From Flavobacteriaceae bacterium (GTDB lineage Bacteria > Bacteroidota > Bacteroidia > Flavobacteriales > Flavobacteriaceae), in assembly GCA_041743085.1 (NCBI GenBank), contig JBGTNL010000093.1, positions 44,704-108,703 of the forward strand: a DNA stretch of 64,000 nucleotides. The letters are read 5' to 3'. How positions within the stretch are numbered: position 1 is the first letter of the stretch; every line of letters begins with the position of its first letter. Positions 57,650 through 64,000 of this stretch are shown here, in pieces. The notes under the pieces are model-generated. The model searched no databases, was not told where the DNA came from, and was given only the letters and a program-made list of their open reading frames with translations. Position numbers and translations under genes: made by a program.

Positions 57650-57984
57650 TTGGAACCTTTATACGTGTGAAACTACTAACTTTGCGAGTAAAAGTAAAGC
57701 CTGGAAGGTTAATAATAAATTCATTAGTGTCCGGTTAAAGACGCTAGACCGCTTCGCTATTAGACATAAGACAATAGACTAAATTTCAACTAATTGATAA
57801 TCATTTGATTATAAATTAATAAGTCTTTCAGAGGAGTGAATATTCCGGCATTTTAAAATTTTCCTAAATCAAGGGGGCCGGCTTTTAAAAAACGTTAAAG
57901 CCCCTGTATTTGCCGGTTAATTCAGCATATAAGCTATTTTTTACCGGACAACAATATAATAAAATAGGACATAATTTACTTCAT

Positions 57985-58947
57985 ATGCATAGGTCAGGAT
58001 TTATTTTTTTGTTGATTTCGCTGCTCTTTATAAATTGTGGGGATGAGGACAAGGTGGCCGAGGAAATTGCCAAAATGAATGTCGACCTGAAGATATTACG
58101 TTTTGATCAGGAATTTGCCAAGGCCCGGCCATCGGATATTCCCGTACTGAAAAAAGCGTATCCTTATCTCTTTCCAGCCCGGTACACAGATAGTGTCTGG
58201 GAGGCAAAATTGAGGGATACCCTTCAGATTGAGTTACGGAATGAAGTAGAACGAATATATCCCGATCTTGAGGAGCTCTCCACCGATTTGGAGTTGCTTT
58301 TTAAACATATTGAGTATTACTTTCCCAAATATGGGATCCCAACAGTCATTACAATGACTAATGATGTGGACTATAGAAATAGGGTCATACTGGCCGATAC
58401 CCTTTTACTCATCGGACTCGATAATTATTTGGGGGAGGAACACAGATTTTACGAGGGAATAGAAAGATATATCGCGGCAGGATTGAATGAGAAATACATG
58501 GTAAGCGATATAGCTGGCGCTTTTGGTCATAAAGTGATACGATATCCCACTGACCGGTCTTTTTTAGCCCGAATGATTTACTATGGGAAAGGCTTGTATC
58601 TAAAAGACAAACTAATTCCTTTTCTGAAGGAGGCCGTGCGTATAGGGTATTCTGAAGAGGAGCTCGACTGGGCCAGGGAAAATGAAGAACGGATATGGCG
58701 CTATTTTATTGAGCGGGAATTACTCTATAGCACGGATGGCGGGCTTGAAGCCCGATTTTTGGCCCCTGCCCCTTTCTCAAAATTCAGATTGGAATTGGAC
58801 AATGAATCCCCGGGCAGGTTGGGAAGGTATGTTGGGTGGCAGATCGTTAAGGCCTTTATGGATAAAAATGATGTTACCCTACCACAACTGCTCAATTTAC
58901 CTGCTGAGGAAATTTTTAAAAAAAGCAACTATAAACCAAAAAAATAA
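57985..58947 (+). CDS. gldB: Gliding motility lipoprotein GldB
   Basis: Lipoprotein signal MHRSGFIFLLISLLFINC. The body resembles F. johnsoniae GldB, and the conserved nadE-gldB-gldC neighbourhood is present. Confidence 0.75.
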   Translation: MHRSGFIFLLISLLFINCGDEDKVAEEIAKMNVDLKILRFDQEFAKARPSDIPVLKKAYPYLFPARYTDSVWEAKLRDTLQIELRNEVERIYPDLEELSTDLELLFKHIEYYFPKYGIPTVITMTNDVDYRNRVILADTLLLIGLDNYLGEEHRFYEGIERYIAAGLNEKYMVSDIAGAFGHKVIRYPTDRSFLARMIYYGKGLYLKDKLIPFLKEAVRIGYSEEELDWARENEERIWRYFIERELLYSTDGGLEARFLAPAPFSKFRLELDNESPGRLGRYVGWQIVKAFMDKNDVTLPQLLNLPAEEIFKKSNYKPKK

Positions 58948-58950
58948 CCC

Positions 58951-59286
58951 ATGGCAAAACCGTACACCTCTGAGATTACCTTAAAGGTAGCCCTGGATGA
59001 GAACAGGGTACCGGTAGAACTTACCTGGTCTGCCCAGGATGGCGGTATAGACAACGAAGAGGCCAAAGCCATGCTTTTGTCCGTTTGGGACAGCAGAAAT
59101 AGAGAGTCACTTAAAATTGACCTCTGGACCAAAGACATGCCGGTAGATGAGATGAAGATCTTCTTTCACCAGACCCTTGTATCGCTCTCGGATACTTTTA
59201 TGAAAGCCACTCAGGACGAAAAAATGACCGCTACTATGAAGGATTTCTGTAATTATTTCGCGGAAAAGATGGAGTTGAAGAAGTGA
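58951..59286 (+). CDS. gldC: Gliding motility-associated protein GldC
   Basis: 111 aa. It contains LDENRVP..LTWSAQDGG...LLSVWDS...IDLWTKDMPVDEMKIFFHQTL...ATMKDFCNYFAEK, which is highly GldC-like. Confidence 0.8.
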   Translation: MAKPYTSEITLKVALDENRVPVELTWSAQDGGIDNEEAKAMLLSVWDSRNRESLKIDLWTKDMPVDEMKIFFHQTLVSLSDTFMKATQDEKMTATMKDFCNYFAEKMELKK

Positions 59287-60015
59287 TGACAGGAATTCAG
59301 TATCCTGACGGCAGTTGCTGTTAAAAACCTAATTTTACATCCTGGGTCAGGGAGTTTATATAGTTTTTTTCGTCCAGTTTATAGACAATCAGGGGCCGGC
59401 TTTTGTTTTTTTTTGAGGTTCCCAGTTTGACAAGGATGTTTGACTTTAAAATTAGTTGCCTAAAATTACCCCTCTCAACTTCCCGTTCTAAAATGGCTTC
59501 GTAGCGTTTTTGCAGTTCCGGGATAGTAGTGGTTAATGGCTGAACTGGAGGGTAAGTGTCTGCTCTTCAATTCAATACGAAGTGTTTTTATAATTTCCGA
59601 TACCAGTAGAGACTGATTTTGGGTGCACATAAGCAATTGGTCCAAGACCACATCTTAACAAGCTCACAGCCAGTCAAGGCTAGCCTTAAAGGGGAGATCC
59701 TTTAAGAAGTAAACAGGTCCAATTCAGAGAAACTTACGGAATGAAAAATGGGGGTTTTCCCCTTTTTTCCCTATGTCGTATGGAATTACGATTTTTATCC
59801 GTATTTTACTACTTATATAGTGCTAGAGTTGGCTTTTAAGAAAACGTATAGTCAACCCAAAAATAGGGTAAGTTCTCTTAGCTAAAAACAACGGCAGCTC
59901 TTTTTCTGAAGCCTTATGGGAAGACAACTAACTTCCGCAATGGAGTTTATGCAATGAACAGATGATCTAAGGAATAAAACTAAAAAACAATAGCCGCTAA
60001 TAAAAAACCAGGGAT

Positions 60016-60546
60016 ATGAAAAAAGTTAAAGCAATGTTGAAATCATATGGTAAAAAAGATAATTTCAAAGGCGATTGTCTGACCAAGTGCTGGGTATCCC
60101 ATATGGTGGATTTTCACTTTGGCCATGAATCCGTATACGATAAATTTCCGGTGCCCATAGGCGCAACCAACTTAAGTGGCTATCGATTTATTTTGCCTGT
60201 AACTCCTTCTAGCCCTGGAGGATTGACCGGATGGCTGACGTTAGAATATGATTCTGATGTTAAAAATAATGATTTTGAATCATCCATAAATGATCATGGA
60301 CTTCACAGTCATAGAATAATATATAAGGATCTTGATTTGGCAGGTGTTACAGAATCTCATTTGATCGATGAGTTATTTTCTTTTGACCTTGAGTTTAAAT
60401 ACATAAATGTACATTACCTAAATGTTGTTTATTTAGTAGAGGGAAAAGAGCAAGGTGATGTTGATGTACATCCCATAGTTAGTTTTGAATTTAATTGCTC
60501 AAAATTGTGTAAAGCGGGTAAGAAGGTGTTCAATTTCCATTTTTAA
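60016..60546 (+). CDS. Orphan hypothetical protein in an AT-rich stretch
   Basis: 176-aa ORF with no recognisable motif, flanked by ~700 and ~430 bp of non-coding DNA. Confidence 0.4.
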   Translation: MKKVKAMLKSYGKKDNFKGDCLTKCWVSHMVDFHFGHESVYDKFPVPIGATNLSGYRFILPVTPSSPGGLTGWLTLEYDSDVKNNDFESSINDHGLHSHRIIYKDLDLAGVTESHLIDELFSFDLEFKYINVHYLNVVYLVEGKEQGDVDVHPIVSFEFNCSKLCKAGKKVFNFHF

Positions 60547-60976
60547 TAGATTGATGGAGAACCCTTTAGAGCTATTTGCCATCAGACAAATCCCTTGAGT
60601 GCCGACGTTCTAAGGCCACACAAATCCTGCTACCGTAAAGTCGGCCCAGTGGGATACCATTTATGATGCACATGACATCGAATACTTCTTGCACCCTTTC
60701 GCACAAAGGCGTGGAATTGGCATTGTGAATTGGAAAAATCGGTTCCCATAAAATTTTCCATGGTATTATTTATCTAAAAATCGGCTTGACATTTAACAAA
60801 TATTGCTTTTTTTTCGCAACTTTCACAGAAGTGTAAAAAATGGAATTTTAGGATACCTTGTAGGGAAAAAATACTCGCAAACCTTCATACACCAATCTTT
60901 TAGTCATCTCATAATCCTATGATCGGTGTAAGGTTTGAAGCATAAATGGTACTTAATGCAAAAATAAATAGGATAT

Positions 60977-61486
60977 ATGATCCAATCGATCACCAAAAGT
61001 CATTTGACCCACCTACAGCTCCTGATACAGAGGCTGTCTGACGTGCAATTGGGCGAATCGCTCGAAATCCTTGGGGGTTCTTCCGTCGGAAACCACGTAA
61101 GGCATATTTTGGAATTTTACATATGTCTGTGCGAGGCGCTGGAAACGGGAGAATTAAACTATGATCTTAGAAAAAGGGATAAAGCCATGGAAGGCAGTAC
61201 GGCTAAATGCGTTCAGATAATTACCCACATTTTAAAAAAACTAAGCAAGTACGACACCGATTTTCCGATCAAATTATATGCCGACTACTCCATTTCGGTC
61301 GAAAATGGGAAGATTTCGCTGAACACTACCTTTTACCGGGAGCTTTTGTATAACGTAGAGCATATTGTGCATCATCTGGCCATAATCAGAATCGGGGTCG
61401 CGTCCAAAGAAGAATTTATTGAAATGGAAGAAAACATGGGCGTGGCGGCATCAACTATTAGAAATAAAAACGTATGTGCACAGTAA
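60977..61486 (+). CDS. DinB-superfamily (DinB_2-like) four-helix-bundle protein
   Basis: 169 aa. The His-containing helices NHVRHILEF and VEHIVHHLAI are typical of the DinB metal-binding triad. Confidence 0.55.
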   Translation: MIQSITKSHLTHLQLLIQRLSDVQLGESLEILGGSSVGNHVRHILEFYICLCEALETGELNYDLRKRDKAMEGSTAKCVQIITHILKKLSKYDTDFPIKLYADYSISVENGKISLNTTFYRELLYNVEHIVHHLAIIRIGVASKEEFIEMEENMGVAASTIRNKNVCAQ

Positions 61487-62178
61487 GCTATGTCCCTGAA
61501 AAGAAAGGCTACATATTGACCTTTAACAGGGACGAAGACCCATCAAGAAAGGCGGAACTGCCGAAAAAATTAACCTTAGGCAACGGCACGGTTATTACGG
61601 CGCCAAGGGATAAGCAGGGGGGAGGCACCTGGATTGCCCAGGATGAAAATGGAAGGTCAGCCTGTCTTTTAAATGGTGCTTTTTTCAAACACATCCGCCA
61701 ATCACCATACAGAATGAGCCGGGGCCAGCTTGTGATTAAGGCGTTTGAATTTTCCGATTTTGACGATTTCTTGTCTGATATATGTTTGGATGCGATTGAA
61801 CCATTCACGCTTTTATTGATAGCACCGGAAAAAATACAAAAATTGGTTTGGGACGGTGTCGAAAAATATATCGAAAAGCTATCTGCAAAGGAGGTGCATC
61901 TCTGGTCATCGGCTACGCTATATACATCAGCGCAACATGCACACAAATACAGCTATTTTATAGAGGCTTTAAAGAATAAAGGTTCGGGCAGCGATCAAAT
62001 TTTACGGATACATGGGAAAGAAACCGACACGTCGTTTATAATAGACCATCCTCTTGTAAAGACCGTGAGTATTACACAATTGGTGTACGATGGTGGGAAT
62101 TCGAATCAGACATATATTATAAAGGAACCATCAAATGAAAAAAAGATATCAGTTTCTGGTAGTTTTAATCAGTCTTAA
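61474..62178 (+). CDS. NRDE-family protein (Ntn-hydrolase-like, Cys2)
   Basis: Begins MCTVSYVP...LTFNRDE, which is both the family-defining NRDE motif and an N-terminal Met-Cys. It overlaps the upstream gene by 13 nt. Confidence 0.65.
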   Translation: MCTVSYVPEKKGYILTFNRDEDPSRKAELPKKLTLGNGTVITAPRDKQGGGTWIAQDENGRSACLLNGAFFKHIRQSPYRMSRGQLVIKAFEFSDFDDFLSDICLDAIEPFTLLLIAPEKIQKLVWDGVEKYIEKLSAKEVHLWSSATLYTSAQHAHKYSYFIEALKNKGSGSDQILRIHGKETDTSFIIDHPLVKTVSITQLVYDGGNSNQTYIIKEPSNEKKISVSGSFNQS

Positions 62179-62605
62179 TTTAGTTTCTGCTCAGGATACC
62201 ACCGAAGACAGGACCGTAAACCAAAAGGAAGGAGTTGGCATAGAAGGCTATGATGCGGTAAGCTATTTTATAGGCAAACCCCTGAAAGGCAAGGATAATT
62301 ATCAAACCCGGTATAAAGGGGTTACCTATAAATTCACTAATGAGTCTAATTTAAATACCTTCCAAAAGGATCCCGAAAATTATCTTCCGGTATACGGGGG
62401 ATGGTGCGCGTACGCTGTCGGCGATAGCGGGGATCTGGTCCCTGTTGACCCGGGATCCTATAAGATCATCGATGGCAAGCTCTACCTGTTCTATCATTCC
62501 TTTTTTAATAACACTTTGAAAAAGTGGAACAAGGAGGAGGCTCAATTATTGCAAAAAGCCGATATGAACTGGGAAGAACGCTTAAAAAAGAGGGAAAATG
62601 AGTAA
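62135..62605 (+). CDS. Secreted YHS-domain protein
   Basis: Signal peptide MKKRYQFLVVLISLNLVSAQ, then GYDAVSYF...YGGWCAYAV...IDGKLYLFY. It overlaps the upstream gene by 44 nt. Confidence 0.6.
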   Translation: MKKRYQFLVVLISLNLVSAQDTTEDRTVNQKEGVGIEGYDAVSYFIGKPLKGKDNYQTRYKGVTYKFTNESNLNTFQKDPENYLPVYGGWCAYAVGDSGDLVPVDPGSYKIIDGKLYLFYHSFFNNTLKKWNKEEAQLLQKADMNWEERLKKRENE

Positions 62606-62975
62606 GAAAACTTTATACTACCTTGAAAGGACAGCGGCGATAATTGCCGCCATTATATTTCTTCAAACACTCTACTATAAGTTTACTGCCCATCCCGATA
62701 GTGTTCATATCTTTACGGTCATCGGCGGAGAACCCTATACCAGAATCGGGTCTGGTATTCTGGAGTTGATCATTAGCGGTTTATTGCTCTACCGAGGAAC
62801 TTCACTTTACGGAGCCATTTTGGGACTTGTGGTTACTATCGGTGCCATAGCATTACACATTTTAAAACTGGGAATTTCGGTAAATGGTGACGGCGGATTA
62901 CTATTTGCCTTGGCAATTACAGCGTTCTTGTGCTGTACCACCGTGGTAATCCTTAAAAGAGGATATTTAAAATAG
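62598..62975 (+). CDS. Small DoxX-like integral membrane protein
   Basis: 125 aa with four predicted TM helices. It overlaps the upstream gene by 8 nt. Confidence 0.45.
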   Translation: MSKKTLYYLERTAAIIAAIIFLQTLYYKFTAHPDSVHIFTVIGGEPYTRIGSGILELIISGLLLYRGTSLYGAILGLVVTIGAIALHILKLGISVNGDGGLLFALAITAFLCCTTVVILKRGYLK

Positions 62976-62999
62976 GGCGATAACTAAACTGGTATAATT

Positions 63000-64000
63000 A
63001 TGCTTGCGCTTCGGGACCGACCCTGGTTTATTAAGTTGAATAATCCCGAATTTTGGCCCATGTGGTTGTACTACATACCTGTCTGGATACAACATTTCTG
63101 GCTTTCGTTGAAGCTAAGGAATGTCTTCTTTTTTCTAGGCACAAACCCCGCCATAAAAGGATTTATCCTGAGTGATTCCAAGTATAGGACGCTTCAGTTG
63201 GTTCCGGAAAAATACAGGCCAAAGACGGTCCTAATCCATAAGGAAGATACCATTTCCGACGTGTTGAATGCCATGAAGGAAAATAAAATTGCCTTTCCGG
63301 TAATTTTAAAACCCGACATTGGTTTCCGGGGATTGGGCGTACGAAAGATTGAAAATGCAACTATGCTCGAAACAACTTTGGCTACAGTCGGAGCGGACTA
63401 TATTATCCAGGAATTTATATGCTGTCCCCTGGAACTTGGCATTTTTTACTACCGTTATCCGGATGAGAGAAACGGGCATATCCCCTCCATAACCATCAAG
63501 GAATTTCTGAAGGTTACCGGTAACGGCAAAGATTCTTTGGCAAAGCTCGTTTTGAAAAATCAAAGAGCGATTTTGTTAAAGGAAAAAATCAAACTGCGCT
63601 TTGAGAAGGAATGGGACGAAATTTTAGAAAATGGCCAAATCCTGGTATTGGAGTGTATCGGGAATCATAATAAAGGCACAAAATTCATTAATGGAAATGC
63701 GCTGTTGGACAATGCGTTGCTCAAGGTTTTCGATGAGCTGAACCATCAAATGAACGGGTTTTATTTTGGCCGGTTCGATATAAAGGCTTCCTCCATCGAA
63801 TCCATTAAGAATAGGAACTATAAAATATTGGAGGTAAATGGGGTAGGAGGGGAACCTACCCATATTTATGATCCGGGCTCAACCTTTTTCGGGATGTTAA
63901 GGGATCTTTGTTTTGTGTGGAGGGTTGCCGCTAAAATAGCTTCCATTAACTTTAACTTTGGAATAAAAAAGCCAACCTACAGGGAAGCCCACAGCCGGTG
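63000..64000 (+). CDS. ATP-grasp-family ligase-like protein with an N-terminal hydrophobic segment (3' end outside the window)
   Basis: This ORF is absent from the ORF track because no stop occurs before the window end. My translation from ATG 63000 stays open for 333 codons and contains FPVILKPDIGFRGLGVRKI, YIIQEFI and ILEVNGVGGEPTHIYD (ATP-grasp-like). Confidence 0.55.
   Translation, partial: MLALRDRPWFIKLNNPEFWPMWLYYIPVWIQHFWLSLKLRNVFFFLGTNPAIKGFILSDSKYRTLQLVPEKYRPKTVLIHKEDTISDVLNAMKENKIAFPVILKPDIGFRGLGVRKIENATMLETTLATVGADYIIQEFICCPLELGIFYYRYPDERNGHIPSITIKEFLKVTGNGKDSLAKLVLKNQRAILLKEKIKLRFEKEWDEILENGQILVLECIGNHNKGTKFINGNALLDNALLKVFDELNHQMNGFYFGRFDIKASSIESIKNRNYKILEVNGVGGEPTHIYDPGSTFFGMLRDLCFVWRVAAKIASINFNFGIKKPTYREAHSR

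Noticed and set aside
60550-60976. Possible minus-strand gene remnant or small ORFs (for example a 41-codon ORF starting MENFMGTDF...) upstream of the DinB-like gene
   Set aside because: Only short frames interrupted by stops were found, and none has a recognisable motif. Nothing here can be supported beyond 'non-coding, possibly degraded' sequence.
1-64000. rRNA, tRNA, tmRNA, CRISPR, integrase/transposase and prophage genes
   Set aside because: I scanned the intergenic regions by eye for tRNA-like T-arm/acceptor patterns and for regularly spaced repeats, and found none. This is a visual check, not a tRNAscan or Infernal result.

Overview
This 64-kb window looks like a chromosomal segment of a Flavobacteriia-class Bacteroidota genome. 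It carries gldA and the nadE-gldB-gldC arrangement, TAnnTTTG-type -7 promoter boxes, and many secreted or lipoprotein ORFs. All protein calls come from reading the supplied translations by eye; no searches were run.

Layout:
- **1-7.3 kb:** the end of an outer-membrane barrel protein, soluble and membrane pyrophosphatases, a DUF4010 protein, an App1-like protein and a deoxynucleoside kinase.
- **7.5-27.6 kb:** a contiguous methionine and sulfur-assimilation supercluster. It contains metK; a SAM-I riboswitch followed by metY, a MetX-aspartokinase-homoserine dehydrogenase fusion and a metZ-like gene; an Rrf2 regulator; cysH; sulfite reductase; siroheme genes; a TrxR-type FNR; and a second SAM-I riboswitch followed by split metH and metF.
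- **27.8-36 kb:** envelope and miscellaneous genes (PagL-like, DUF2807, serine hydrolase, ChrA, M20 peptidase, TIM-barrel isomerase, gldA).
- **36.4-40.7 kb:** an aromatic amino-acid operon (pheA, aminotransferase, tyrA, DAHP synthase/chorismate mutase).
- **41-59 kb:** housekeeping genes (ispB, rlmN, queA, aroA, mazG-like, dtd, rsgA, dnaG, nadE, gldB, gldC), two tandem DUF3857/transglutaminase paralogues, and a response regulator.
- **59.3-64 kb:** an AT-richer accessory stretch with an orphan ORF, followed by a tightly overlapping DinB / NRDE / YHS / DoxX-like / ATP-grasp gene set.

Most notable observations:
1. A complete DUF559/Vsr-like endonuclease module sits in-frame inside the cap-to-B12 linker of metH.
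2. A 23-codon Phe/Tyr/Trp-rich leader peptide with alternative antiterminator and terminator hairpins lies in front of the aromatic operon.
3. A 219-bp MITE with 13-bp terminal inverted repeats (TIRs) and an 8-bp target-site duplication (TSD) sits directly after a stop codon. A second TIR-bounded element shares an internal GC-rich module with it.
4. A conserved 16-nt candidate operator lies next to an Rrf2 regulator, in front of cysH and the sulfite reductase gene.
5. The second transglutaminase paralogue is interrupted by a nonsense codon and has lost its catalytic triad.

No rRNA, tRNA, CRISPR array, transposase or integrase was recognised.
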